64,000 nucleotides of DNA from Octopus vulgaris. Its lineage: Eukaryota. A program made the translations under genes and the position numbers. This document shows, one piece after another, positions 37,483 through 51,385 of the stretch. The first letter of the stretch is position 1. The number at the start of each line of letters is the position of its first letter. Under the pieces are notes generated by a model. The model made no database searches and was not told the origin of the DNA. It saw nothing but the letters and a program-made list of their open reading frames with translations. The stretch is from NCBI GenBank assembly GCA_951406725.2, contig OX597827.1, forward strand, positions 69,564,001 through 69,628,000, given 5' to 3'.

Positions 37483-37885
37483 TAGGCGCAGGAGTGGCTG
37501 TGTGGTAACTAGCTTGCTAACCAACCACATGGTCCCGGGTTCAGTCCCACTGCGTGGCATCTTGGGCAAGTGTCTTCTGCTATAGCCCCGGGCCGACCAA
37601 TGCCTTGTGAGTGGATTTGGTAGACGGAAACTGAAAGAAGCCTGTCGTATATATGTATATATATATAAGTGTGTGTGTCTATGTTTGTGTGTCTGTGTTT
37701 GTCCCCCTAGCATTACTTGACAACCGATGCTGGTGTGTTTACGTCCCCGTCACTTAGCGGTTCGGCAAAAGACAACGATAGAATAAGTACTAGGCTTCCA
37801 AAGAATAAGTCCCGGGGTCGATTTGCTCGACTAAAGGCGGTGCTCCAGCATGGCCGCAGTCAAATGACTGAAACAAGTAAAAGAA
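37483..37885 (+). mobile_element. SINE family B (duplicate at 46676-47078)
   Basis: Full-length match to family B. Confidence 0.9.
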
Positions 37886-38143
37886 ATTTAATTATGCGGT
37901 CAAAGGATTAAAGGACCTATAGGGGTTGTACCAACAGCTCTCGCAATTTTTGTGCATGTTCCTACTATCACCTGTTTCCGGTCAGAATGATTGAACTCAT
38001 TAAATACACTCATGCAAATTAAAACGGTTGCATGAGTTAAGAAGGCAGTTTTCCTTTGCTGCCGCTCGATCTGCTAGAAATAAGAAGCAAATCCCCCTTC
38101 AAAAAAATACATTGGCTATCGAAGTCCTAGGTACAGTATCATA

Positions 38144-38376
38144 CTCTTTTACTCTTTTACTTGTTTCAATCATTTGACTGCGGCCATGCTGGAGCACCGC
38201 CTTTAGTCGAGCAAATCGACCCCAGGACTTATTCGTTGTAAGCCTAGTACTTATTCTATCGGTGTCTTTTGCCGAACCGCTGAGTTACGGGGGGCGTAAA
38301 CATACCAGCATCGGTTGTCAAGCGATGTTGGTGGGGACAAAGACAGACACACAAACACACAGAGACACACACATAC

Positions 38377-38448
<72 letters not shown>

Positions 38449-38606
38449 GTATACATATGTACGACGGGCTTCTTTCAGTTTCCGTCTACCAAATCCACTC
38501 ACAAGGCTTTATTCGGCCCGAGGTTATAATAAAGACACTTGCCCAAGGTGCCACGCAGTGAGACTGAACCCGGAACCATGTGGCTGGTACCCAAGCTACT
38601 TACCAC
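38144..38606 (-). mobile_element. SINE family B (duplicate at 47337-47797)
   Basis: Near full-length match to family B. Confidence 0.9.
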
Positions 38607-38722
38607 TATGAAAAATAAATAAATAGATAAAGACGGGATAGGGTGGAGGTGGGATGGTCATTGCTAGAACGTCTTTGATCGTAAGGCTACTGGCTCAGGG
38701 CTGGTTTGTTTGTTGTTGTTGG

Positions 38723-38983
38723 TCTTCTTCTTCTTCTTCTTCTTCTTCTTCTTCTACAAACAGAAGCAGTAACAACAAAAATGCAGCAGCGGCACCCCCA
38801 ACCCCCTCCACCGCCGCCACCACTATCACCATCACCACAGCCACCACCGCCACCACCATTACCACCACCACCACCACTACTAACACCACCGCCGCCGCAG
38901 CCGCCACTACCACTACCGCCTCCGCCTCCTCCTCCGCCGCCACCACCATCACCACCACCACCCTTTACTACTGCTGCTGCTGC
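38723..38983. repeat. (TTC)n / (CCA,CCG)n trinucleotide low-complexity tract
   Basis: Read directly from the sequence. Confidence 0.9.
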
Positions 38984-40167
38984 GCACCAATACAAAGTAT
39001 AGTGAATTCTGAAAGCTAAGCCGAGACCTTCAACTATAAACTAACCTAAATACACTGGACGCACGAGATCGTTATATTTAGATTGCGTATTTTTGTGAGG
39101 CGTGTGGCCAAATGGTTCGGCCATACGATTCCTGATAGTAGGGTCGTAAGTTCAATTTCTGGACAGAGTCCTGCGTTGTATTCTTGAGGTACTTAATTTG
39201 TTTGATACTTAATTTCACTTTTCTCCAGCATTACTCAGCATATAGACGCGTCTCTGTCCCCTTCCAGTAGTCACACCCTGAATGTTCTGATAGGTCCAGG
39301 GTGAGTGGACCGAGAGTGACGTGTGAGACGTTTCGGCACAGCCGTTTGAGCACAGCCTATTTGGTGTCGCTAATTCGGCGCTGACTTATTTGACATCGGA
39401 CGTTTTAATGTTTCTCTTCCCCTCTTCATTTCTCTCTCACTCTCTCCCTCACTCCATCCATCCCTCACTACATCCATCCCTCCCTCCCTAACTCCATCCA
39501 TCCATCTCTCCCTCACTCCATCCCTCCCTCACTCCCTCCCTCCCTCCCTCCCTAACTCCATCCATCCATCTCTCCCTCATTCCCTCCCTCACTCCATCCT
39601 TCCCTCTTTCCCTCCCTCCCTCCCTCCCTTCCTCTATCCATCCCTCCCTTCCTCACTCTATCCGTCCCTCACTCCATGCCTCCTTCTCTCCATCCCCCTC
39701 TCTCCATCCCCTTTTCTCTCTCTGTTTAGACGTTTGATCAGGATCGTTAGAACGTCAGACAAAATGCTTCGCAGTATTTCTTTCAGTCCTTTACGTTTTA
39801 AGTTCAAATTCCACCAGGATAGACTTTGCCTTTCATCCTTTCAGGGCCAACAAAGTAAAATGTAATGTCTTACTCATCTCTCGCTACGTGCATGTGTATA
39901 TTTCTGCGCACAGGCATGCGTGCGAGCGTGTGTGTGCCCGTTTCCCTCCAGTGCCAAAAAGTACTGTCGCCACACCACGTTAAATATCCAGTCAGCCAAA
40001 TCACCAGCGACCTGACAGCCGCGCCCACTCCTCTCGTTTCGACCCGGGAAGGTGTCTATGTCTGCTCGCGACTACATAGGCACCTACAACAACTAGCGAA
40101 AGCATGGTACATGTTACTAAATTCACTGGTAGTACTGCATACTGTCATCAACTTATTTAGTAATTAG

Positions 40168-40648
40168 TGAAGGGACGTGGCTTGGTGGTTTGGAGTATTC
40201 GCCACACGATCGTAAGGTTGCGAGTTCGATTCCCAGCGGTGTGTGAGGTCTTTGAGCAAGACACTTTATTTCCCGATGCTCCAGTCCACTCTACCGGCAA
40301 AAACACATTGTACCAATATTTCAAAGGGGCCAGCCTTGTTACACTCTGTATCACGCTGAATTTCACTAAGAACTACATTAAGGGTTCGCGTGTCTGTGGA
40401 GTGCTCAGCCACTTGCATGCTAATTACATGTGCAAGTTGTTCCGTCGACAAGATCAACTGGCACTCGTCGTCGTAACCGACGGAGTGCCAGTTGATCTTG
40501 TCGACGGAACAACTTGCACATGTAATTAGCATGCAAGTGGCTGAGCACTCCACAGACACGCGAACCCTTAATGTAGTTCTTAGTGAAATTCAGTATGACA
40601 CAGAATGTGACAAGGCTGGCCCCTTTGAAATACTGGTGCAATGTGTTT
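40168..40648 (+). mobile_element. tRNA-SINE whose 3' half is mirrored into a 348-bp palindrome (duplicate at 49369-49848)
   Basis: Head TGAAGGGACGTGGCTTGGTGG...GAGTTCGATTCCC; arms at 40301-40466 and 40483-40648. Confidence 0.9.
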
Positions 40649-40749
40649 AATACTATAACATTAAGGAGAACCTATAATCAAAGCCTTCCAGTCATGACCA
40701 TCCTGTTATTTTGCATATTTAGGACTAATATTGTTCATTGCTTCTCTCC

Positions 40750-40807
<58 letters not shown>

Positions 40808-40817
40808 CATACATACA

Positions 40818-40893
<76 letters not shown>

Positions 40894-41026
40894 AATTGAG
40901 ATAGGGGTTGTAAATGCAACCCTCTATGGGATAACGAATATCCAATATACTGCTAGTGAAGTACCCAACAAAGTTAACACATAAATGTTAATGATTGCGA
41001 TGCAATCAATTCATTTACTGTATATA

Positions 41027-41062
<36 letters not shown>

Positions 41063-41094
41063 TGTATGTATGTATGTATGTATGTATGTATGTA

Positions 41095-41159
<65 letters not shown>

Positions 41160-41162
<3 letters not shown>

Positions 41163-41327
41163 AGGATAAGATTGATATTTAAAATATCGATCCTATCAAG
41201 TGGCGAGCATGGGAATAAAAACCTTTCAATGGTAATAATTATTTAAAATTATTACCATTGAAAGATTTTTATTCCCATGCCGGCCACCTGATAGGATCGA
41301 TATTTTAAGAATCGATCTTAACCTTAT
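41160..41327. repeat. ~80-bp-arm palindrome of a Penelope-like terminal repeat (duplicate at 50367-50534)
   Basis: ATAAGGATAAGATTG...GGTAATAATT / AATTATTACC...CTTAACCTTAT. An unfolded relative lies at 56815-56937. Confidence 0.75.
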
Positions 41328-41487
41328 TTATATATTTATTTCGTCATTATATTCACAGCGGTGCTTATTCTGACCATATTGCGCGAGGAGTTTTAAGGCG
41401 GGCAATTTAAAATGGTCGTGTGCATACGTGCATATATATGTATGTATATACGTCCATATATGTAAGTATATCGTATGTTGTATATAT

Positions 41488-41518
<31 letters not shown>

Positions 41519-41552
41519 TATATATATATGTATTTATGTGCTATCTGGGTGT

Positions 41553-41611
41553 ATTCCACTGATGAAGGCAAAGCATTTCTTATGCAAAATCAGAAATCCG
41601 GGATCTGGAAT
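41553..41611 (+). ncRNA. Type I hammerhead ribozyme variant (Penelope-associated type)
   Basis: Stem I ATTCCA/TGGAAT, core CTGATGA (41559-41565), GAAA (41593-41596), short stem III ATC-CGG-GAT and cleavage triplet ATC. Stem II is imperfect. Confidence 0.6.
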
Positions 41612-42064
41612 TATCCAGTAATTTTTTTTGCTAGTTTATTGTGTCTCTTTGTCTTCTCTCCTAGTGCTGTATGAACATTTAATGTGGTATTAGAGTCAAG
41701 TTTTGACTGCTATTTGCAGCGTGATGGTATCTCTTAGATACACTAAATTATCATTTTAAATATATATATATATATATTCTCGTAAAAAGTTGTCCATGCT
41801 CGTATTGCATTATATAATCTGAGGACACTGAATTTTAAGGGATTGGATACCGCCCCTTCTATCCACCCTGTATTTGACCGGTGTCTTTTTGTTTTATTAA
41901 TTCCAAACGGATGGAAGTCAAAATCGATCCAGGCGTACTTTAAGCTCCAAACGTAGAGAGATATTACTAAATATTCTTTTCTGCTCCAGGCTCAAGGCCC
42001 GAAATTTCTGGGGAGTGGGGTCAGTCGATTAGGTCGACCCCAGTGCGCAACTGATACTTAACTT

Positions 42065-44663
42065 ATCGACCCCGAAAGGATGAAAGGCAAAGTCGACCTC
42101 GGCAGAATTTGAACTCAGAACGTAACGGCAGACGAAATACCTATTTCTTTATTGCCCACAAGGGGCTAAACACAAATGGGACAAACAAGGACAGACAGGG
42201 GGATTAAGTCGATTATATAGACACCAGTGCGTAACTGGTACTTATTTAATCGACCCCGAAAGGATGAAAAGCAAAATTGACCTCGGTGAAATTTGGACTC
42301 AGAACGTAACGGCAAACGAAATACTGCTAAGCATTTTGCCCGGCGTGCTAACGTTTCTGCCAGCTCACCGGAACCTTCTCACCACACAACCACGCCTAAC
42401 GATAGAATACCATTTATATATAAAGATTGTTTTAACTGACTAGCCATTCCCTTGCTACAAATTTCAGGCCTCGCTCCTTTATTAGAAACAAATATGGATC
42501 TTTTCGGTTTGAACGGCAGTTTTTTTCTAGCGGTGTCATTTGAAATTGTCACCCATAATTATGACCCTAGTATCGATCTATTGCATTTCAATCTTTTTTA
42601 GGGTTAGGGTTAGGGTTAGAGATGGGGGGGGGGAGGGTATCTTTTTTATTCAGAAATGTAAATAAACCCAATCTGTTTCTTAAACGAGGGACATATTCAT
42701 TCTTAAACGAAGGACATATTTCACCTCAATAGACGTCATTGATTGGTTGAAATTGCAGTAATTGAAGAAAAACAACAACAAATATCTTACAAACTATAGA
42801 ATTTTCTCAATAAAGCCAAGAGAAAAGATGTTTTATAAACACATTCTACCAGTATACGAAGTTTAAAAGTGTTTAGTTACGTGGAAATTATTTTTAAAAA
42901 ACTGCCGTTCAAGCCGAAAAGATCCACTACAACACAGCACAGTTTTTATCAGTGAGCGAATAGTCATAGCTTGGACCGACGAAAATTTTGATATCATATT
43001 ACAAACAATAAACGTTTAAGAGAAGTTAATGGTCATTTTGTGTTTGTAAGTGGCTTTCACGCTACAATCGTCGAATTATTTTAAAGCTGATGGATATTTT
43101 CTGTCCCTTTTTTTTTTTTTTGCCTTTCCTTTGTCCTTCTTTTATTGCCTTTTTTCGTTCTCTTCTCCTTTTTCTGTTTCTCTCTCTCTCTCTCTCCTCA
43201 GTATGTATATCTTGACCTTTTGAACCCGCGAGTACACTTCAGCAGATGGGATTTCGTTTGACTCCTTCTAGAAAACAAAAGCGGGTGGCAACGTGGTTTT
43301 CTTTTTAAGGCTCGTTCATTAGCAGAAACATCTTAATACAGAGAACCATGCGGCTTCCTGCTTTCTAAAGCATATTCGCGAGTTTGACCCTTTAAAGCGG
43401 AAAGCGGATACATCTGCTCAAACTTACCGTTAACTGGGGAAATGGGTTTTGTCTTAAACCGCTAAATTACGGGGGCGCAAACACACCAGCATCAGTTGTC
43501 AAGCGATGTTGGGGGAACACACAAACATATACATACACGTAGGCGCAGGAGTGGCTGTGTGGTAAGTAGCTTGCTAACCAACCACATGGCTCCGGGTTCA
43601 GTCCCACTGCGTGGCATCTTGGGCAAGTGTCTTCTGCTATAGCCCCGGGCCGACCAATGCCTTGTGAGTGGATCTGGTAGAGGGAAACTGAAAGAAGCCT
43701 GTCGTATATATGTATATATATATATATGTGTTTGTGTGTTTGTCCCCCTAGCATTGCTTGACAACCGATGCTGGTGTGTTTACGTCCCCGTCACTTAGCG
43801 GTTCGGCAAAAGAGACCGATAGAATAAGTGCTGGGCTTACAAAGAATAAGTCACGGGGTTGATTTGCTCGACTAAAGGCGGTGCTCCATCATGGCCGCAG
43901 TCAAATGACTGAAACAAGTAAAAGAGTAAAGAGTATACATATATATACATACATATATATATACATATTAGAAGAAATAAGGAACTCAGAAATCTGGATG
44001 GTTTTATATTTACAGATTTTTATTAATATGTCACATGTTTTTATAAACCACATTTTGTCGATTAATTGTATCTATTAACATGGTTACAGGAATAACCATC
44101 AGATTTAATTACACAGTCAAAGGGTTAATTTTTTTTTGGAAAGACTTCCTCCCCACCCCAATTCTCTCGCAAATTATTGTTTTTCTTACATTTTTTTGCC
44201 AAAAGCCCACGCTTTCGGGTACGGAGATTCCGGAAAATTGCCCCAAATCGGAATTTTGTAATTTTTTGCTCCCTCCCCAACTCACCCCACAACTTCTTCA
44301 TTTTTCATTTTTTACGTAACCCTAACCCTAAAACCCCAACCCTAACCCTAACCCTAAAACTCTAGCCCTAACCCAAACGCTAAAACCCTAATCCTAACCA
44401 TAAAACCCTAACCCTAAGTAGAAAATTTTTTAGAAATTTTTTCACGCATATTTTTCTTTTTCTTTTTTTTTCTTTCTTTTTATTTGTTTCAGTCATTTGA
44501 CTGCGGCCATGCTGGAGCACCGCCTTTAGTCGAGCTTATTCTTTGTAAGCCCAGTACTTATTCTATCGTTCACTTTTGCCGAACCGTTAGGTGACGGGGA
44601 CGTAAACACACCAGCATCGGTTGTCAAGCAATACTAGAGGGACAAACACAGACACACAAACAT

Positions 44664-44708
<45 letters not shown>

Positions 44709-45155
44709 TATGACAGGCTTCTTTCAGTTTCCCCTCTACCAAATCCACTCACAAGGCTTTGGTCGGCCCGAGGCTATAGTAGAAGACACTTGCCCAAGGT
44801 GCCACGCAGTGGGACTGAACCCGGAACCATGTGGTTGGTTAGCAAGCTACTTACCACACAGCCACTCCTGCGCCTTTTGAAAAAAAAAATTCTGAAAAAA
44901 GTTTAAAATGAAGAATTTAGGTGGGGAGAGGGTAATTTCAAAATGCTGATTTTTACCAATTTTTTTGCAGCTTCGTATTCTCCGTAGAAAAAAAAATTAA
45001 ATAAAAAAGGTGTGTTTTTTTTGTGTGCGGGTGTGTGTGTGTGTGTGGTGGGGGTACAAAAGGAAGTCTTGCGGTTTTTTTTTTGTGTCCTTTTTCAGAA
45101 TTCAGATTCTTGCTTATCTGAATCGGTGTGCGTATGTGTGTGTGTGTGTGTGTGA

Positions 45156-45190
<35 letters not shown>

Positions 45191-47569
45191 TGTGTGTTTT
45201 CCTTTGAGATTTATTCAATCCTTTGAATGCCAAAAGCGGATATAAGCGCTCAAAATTTTTATTTCCGTTAACCACAGAAAGTACTTCTACATCCAAGGCT
45301 TTGAAGAAAACTGTCTCCTTCTGCTACGAGTGTCACGAGACCCGCTCCGCACGCAGTGACACTTTTTTTTTTACAAGAAAACAGTTCCTCAGGTTTTCTT
45401 TATTCTCTCTTTACTCTCTTTTACTCTTTTACTTGTTTCAGTCATTTGACTGCGGCCATGCTGGAGCACCGCCTTTAATCGAGCAACTCGACCCCGGGAC
45501 TTATTCTTTTTGTAAGCCCAGTACTTATTCTATCGGTCCCTTTGGCCGAACCGCTAAGTAACGGGGGACATAAACACACCAGCATCGGTTGTCAAGCAAT
45601 GCTAGGGGGACAAACACAGGCACACAAACACACACACGCATATATATATATATATACATATATACGACGGGCTTCTTTCAGTTTCCGTCTACCAAATCCA
45701 CTCACAAGGCATTGGTCGGCCCGAGGCTATAGTAGAAGACACTTGCCCAAGGTGCCACGCAGTGGGACTGAACCCAGAACCATGTGGTTGGTAAGCAAGC
45801 TACTTACCACACAGCCACTCTATTTCTTTTTCATACACTTCATCAAACATTTCTTTACTGAGCAAGAAACAAATACTCTTAGTGGTGGATATCAGAACTG
45901 GGATCTTTTCCCTTTGAATGGCAGATCGAGAAATTAATTTTTTTGTAACTAAACATTTTCAAACTTCGGACACTGGTAGAATGTGTCGTATAAAACATCT
46001 TTTACTTTTAGCGTTTTATATTTTATACTTTCAAAGTTATTCCGTTTTACATTTTCAAAGTTATTCCGTGTTAAAGTTGTCGTATTTCGGTAATTTCAAC
46101 CAATCAATGATGTGTATTCAGCTGAACAAAATTACTGCCGTTGTATGTCAACAACAACAACTTCCGTTGGTGTATATTTCGTTTGTCACTGTTATTTATG
46201 ACATATCTCATCTCAGTTACGATTGTATGAATAAACGACTGTATCTGAAGCATGTTTACTTCATGGCACCACCACAATCGTTCGTGCATTTCCATTGCTT
46301 TTAGTTTTTTCCTGTTTTTCAGCTAATATTTTGGGAAAGACTTTTTGCCCCCTCCCCCTCCAATTTCTTCATTTTTCACTTCTTCACTCAAAAATCCCAA
46401 CCCTAAACCTTGCCCTAAAACCCCAACTCTAACCGTAACCTTAACCCTAACCCTAAAACCTTAACCCTAACCCTAACCCTAACCTTAAAGCTAAAACCTG
46501 TACAAACGCACGAATGATGTCATAAATAACAGTAACAAACGAATTATACACCGCCGATAGTTTAGTTGCAAAAACTTAATTTCTCGATCTGCCGTTCAAA
46601 GGGAAAAGATCCTAGAACCTTATCCACAGGAGGTAGCTGCAAAAATTATTGCAGAAGCAGAAAATATCAATTCTATAGGCGCAGGAGTGGCTGTGTGGTA
46701 ACTAGCTTGCTAACCAACCACATGGTCCCGGGTTCAGTCCCACTGCGTGGCATCTTGGGCAAGTGTCTTCTGCTATAGCCCCGGGCCGACCAATGCCTTG
46801 TGAGTGGATTTGGTAGACGGAAACTGAAAGAAGCCTGTCGTATATATGTATATATATATAAGTGTGTGTGTCTATGTTTGTGTGTCTGTGTTTGTCCCCC
46901 TAGCATTACTTGACAACCGATGCTGGTGTGTTTACGTCCCCGTCACTTAGCGGTTCGGCAAAAGACAACGATAGAATAAGTACTAGGCTTCCAAAGAATA
47001 AGTCCCGGGGTCGATTTGCTCGACTAAAGGCGGTGCTCCAGCATGGCCGCAGTCAAATGACTGAAACAAGTAAAAGAAATTTAATTATGCGGTCAAAGGA
47101 TTAAAGGACCTATAGGGGTTGTACCAACAGCTCTCGCAATTTTTGTGCATGTTCCTACTATCACCTGTTTCCGGTCAGAATGATTGAACTCATTAAATAC
47201 ACTCATGCAAATTAAAACGGTTGCATGAGTTAAGAAGGCAGTTTTCCTTTGCTGCCGCTCGATCTGCTAGAAATAAGAAGCAAATCCCCCTTCAAAAAAA
47301 TACATTGGCTATCGAAGTCCTAGGTACAGTATCATACTCTTTTACTCTTTTACTTGTTTCAATCATTTGACTGCGGCCATGCTGGAGCACCGCCTTTAGT
47401 CGAGCAAATCGACCCCAGGACTTATTCGTTGTAAGCCTAGTACTTATTCTATCGGTGTCTTTTGCCGAACCGCTGAGTTACGGGGGGCGTAAACATACCA
47501 GCATCGGTTGTCAAGCGATGTTGGTGGGGACAAAGACAGACACACAAACACACAGAGACACACACATAC

Positions 47570-47639
<70 letters not shown>

Positions 47640-49949
47640 GTATACATATGTACGACGGGCTTCTTTCAGTTTCCGTCTACCAAATCCACTCACAAGGCTT
47701 TATTCGGCCCGAGGTTATAATAAAGACACTTGCCCAAGGTGCCACGCAGTGAGACTGAACCCGGAACCATGTGGCTGGTACCCAAGCTACTTACCACTAT
47801 GAAAAATAAATAAATAGATAAAGACGGGATAGGGTGGAGGTGGGATGGTCATTGCTAGAACGTCTTTGATCGTAAGGCTACTGGCTCAGGGCTGGTTTGT
47901 TTGTTGTTGTTGGTCTTCTTCTTCTTCTTCTTCTTCTTCTTCTTCTTCTTCTTCTACAAACAGAAGCAGTAACAACAAAAATGCAGCAGCGGCACCCCCA
48001 ACCCCCTCCACCGCCGCCACCACTATCACCATCACCACAGCCACCACCGCCACCACCATTACCACCACCACCACCACTACTAACACCACCGCCGCCGCAG
48101 CCGCCACTACCACTACCGCCTCCGCCTCCTCCTCCGCCGCCACCACCATCACCACCACCACCCTTTACTACTGCTGCTGCTGCGCACTTAATACAAAGTA
48201 TAGTGAATTCTGAAAGCTAAGCCGAGACCTTCAACTATAAACTAACCTAAATACACTGGACGCACGAGATCGTTATATTTAGATTGCGTATTTTTGTGAG
48301 GCGTGTGGCCAAATGGTTCGGCCATACGATTCCTGATAGTAGGGTCGTAAGTTCAATTTCTGGACAGAGTCCTGCGTTGTATTCTTGAGGTACTTAATTT
48401 GTTTGATACTTAATTTCACTTTTCTCCAGCATTACTCAGCATATAGACGCGTCTCTGTCCCCTTCCAGTAGTCACACCCTGAATGTTCTGATAGGTCCAG
48501 GGTGAGTGGACCGAGAGTGACGTGTGAGACGTTTCGGCACAGCCGTTTGAGCACAGCCTATTTGGTGTCGCTAATTCGGCGCTGACTTATTTGACATCGG
48601 ACGTTTTAATGTTTCTCTTCCCCTCTTCATTTCTCTCTCACTCTCTCCCTCACTCCATCCATCCCTCACTACATCCATCCCTCCCTCCCTAACTCCATCC
48701 ATCCATCTCTCCCTCACTCCATCCCTCCCTCACTCCCTCCCTCCCTCCCTCCCTAACTCCATCCATCCATCTCTCCCTCATTCCCTCCCTCACTCCATCC
48801 TTCCCTCTTTCCCTCCCTCCCTCCCTCCCTTCCTCTATCCATCCCTCCCTTCCTCACTCTATCCGTCCCTCACTCCATGCCTCCTTCTCTCCATCCCCCT
48901 CTCTCCATCCCCTTTTCTCTCTCTGTTTAGACGTTTGATCAGGATCGTTAGAACGTCAGACAAAATGCTTCGCAGTATTTCTTTCAGTCCTTTACGTTTT
49001 AAGTTCAAATTCCACCAGGATAGACTTTGCCTTTCATCCTTTCAGGGCCAACAAAGTAAAATGTAATGTCTTACTCATCTCTCGCTACGTGCATGTGTAT
49101 ATTTCTGCGCACAGGCATGCGTGCGAGCGTGTGTGTGCCCGTTTCCCTCCAGTGCCAAAAAGTACTGTCGCCACACCACGTTAAATATCCAGTCAGCCAA
49201 ATCACCAGCGACCTGACAGCCGCGCCCACTCCTCTCGTTTCGACCCGGGAAGGTGTCTATGTCTGCTCGCGACTACATAGGCACCTACAACAACTAGCGA
49301 AAGCATGGTACATGTTACTAAATTCACTGGTAGTACTGCATACTGTCATCAACTTATTTAGTAATTAGTGAAGGGACGTGGCTTGGTGGTTTGGAGTATT
49401 CGCCACACGATCGTAAGGTTGCGAGTTCGATTCCCAGCGGTGTGTGAGGTCTTTGAGCAAGACACTTTATTTCCCGATGCTCCAGTCCACTCTACCGGCA
49501 AAAACACATTGTACCAATATTTCAAAGGGGCCAGCCTTGTTACACTCTGTATCACGCTGAATTTCACTAAGAACTACATTAAGGGTTCGCGTGTCTGTGG
49601 AGTGCTCAGCCACTTGCATGCTAATTACATGTGCAAGTTGTTCCGTCGACAAGATCAACTGGCACTCGTCGTCGTAACCGACGGAGTGCCAGTTGATCTT
49701 GTCGACGGAACAACTTGCACATGTAATTAGCATGAAGTGGCTGAGCACTCCACAGACACGCGAACCCTTAATGTAGTTCTTAGTGAAATTCAGTATGACA
49801 CAGAATGTGACAAGGCTGGCCCCTTTGAAATACTGGTGCAATGTGTTTAATACTATAACATTAAGGAGAACCTATAATCAAAGCCTTCCAGTCATGACCA
49901 TCCTGTTATTTTGCATATTTAGGACTAATATTGTTCATTGCTTCTCTCC

Positions 49950-50005
<56 letters not shown>

Positions 50006-50019
50006 CATACATACATACA

Positions 50020-50098
<79 letters not shown>

Positions 50099-50231
50099 AA
50101 TTGAGATAGGGGTTGTAAATGCAACCCTCTATGGGATAACGAATATCCAATATACTGCTAGTGAAGTACCCAACAAAGTTAACACATAAATGTTAATGAT
50201 TGCGATGCAATCAATTCATTTACTGTATATA

Positions 50232-50267
<36 letters not shown>

Positions 50268-50295
50268 TGTATGTATGTATGTATGTATGTATGTA

Positions 50296-50369
<74 letters not shown>

Positions 50370-50694
50370 AGGATAAGATTGATATTTAAAATATCGATCC
50401 TATCAAGTGGCGAGCATGGGAATAAAAACCTTTCAATGGTAATAATTATTTAAAATTATTACCATTGAAAGATTTTTATTCCCATGCCGGCCACCTGATA
50501 GGATCGATATTTTAAGAATCGATCTTAACCTTATTTATATATTTATTTCGTCATTATATTCACAGCGGTGCTTATTCTGACCATATTGCGCGAGGAGTTT
50601 TAAGGCGGGCAATTTAAAATGGTCGTGTGCATACGTGCATATATATGTATGTATATACGTCCATATATGTAAGTATATCGTATGTTGTATATAT

Positions 50695-50725
<31 letters not shown>

Positions 50726-51276
50726 TATATATATATGTATTTATGTGCTATCTGGGTGTATTCCACTGATGAAGGCAAAGCATTTCTTATGCAAAATCAG
50801 AAATCCGGGATCTGGAATTATCCAGTAATTTTTTTTGCTAGTTTATTGTGTCTCTTTGTCTTCTCTCCTAGTGCTGTATGAACATTTAATGTGGTATTAG
50901 AGTCAAGTTTTGACTGCTATTTGCAGCGTGATGGTATCTCTTAGATACACTAAATTATCATTTTAAATATATATATATATATATTCTCGTAAAAAGTTGT
51001 CCATGCTCGTATTGCATTATATAATCTGAGGACACTGAATTTTAAGGGATTGGATACCGCCCCTTCTATCCACCCTGTATTTGACCGGTGTCTTTTTGTT
51101 TTATTAATTCCAAACGGATGGAAGTCAAAATCGATCCAGGCGTACTTTAAGCTCCAAACGTAGAGAGATATTACTAAATATTCTTTTCTGCTCCAGGCTC
51201 AAGGCCCGAAATTTCTGGGGAGTGGGGTCAGTCGATTAGGTCGACCCCAGTGCGCAACTGATACTTAACTTATCGA
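42065..51276. repeat. Tandem segmental duplication, copy 2
   Basis: All features and ORFs of copy 1 recur at an offset of ~9.2 kb. Confidence 0.95.
50760..50818 (+). ncRNA. Duplicate hammerhead motif
   Basis: Identical to 41553-41611. Confidence 0.6.
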
Positions 51277-51385
51277 TTCCGAAAGGATGAAAGGCAAAGT
51301 CGACTTCGGCAGAATTTGAACTCAGAACGTAGCGGCAGACGAAATACGGCTACGCATTTCGCCCGGCGTACTAACGTTTCTGCCA
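51182..51385 (-). mobile_element. SINE A-related copy at the right boundary of the duplication
   Basis: GATACTTAACTTATCGATTCCGAAAGG...CTAACGTTTCTGCCA. Confidence 0.85.

Larger units (their letters stand above)
32887..42064. repeat. Tandem segmental duplication, copy 1 (~9.18 kb)
   Basis: Near-identical to 42065-51276; differences are mostly microsatellite or homopolymer lengths. Confidence 0.95.

Noticed and set aside
38706-39002. ORF resembling a signal peptide plus polyproline (extensin-like) protein
   Set aside because: Built from (TTC)n and (CCA/CCG)n repeats and open in several frames. It has no ATG before the Leu run, and its C-terminus differs between the two duplicate copies.
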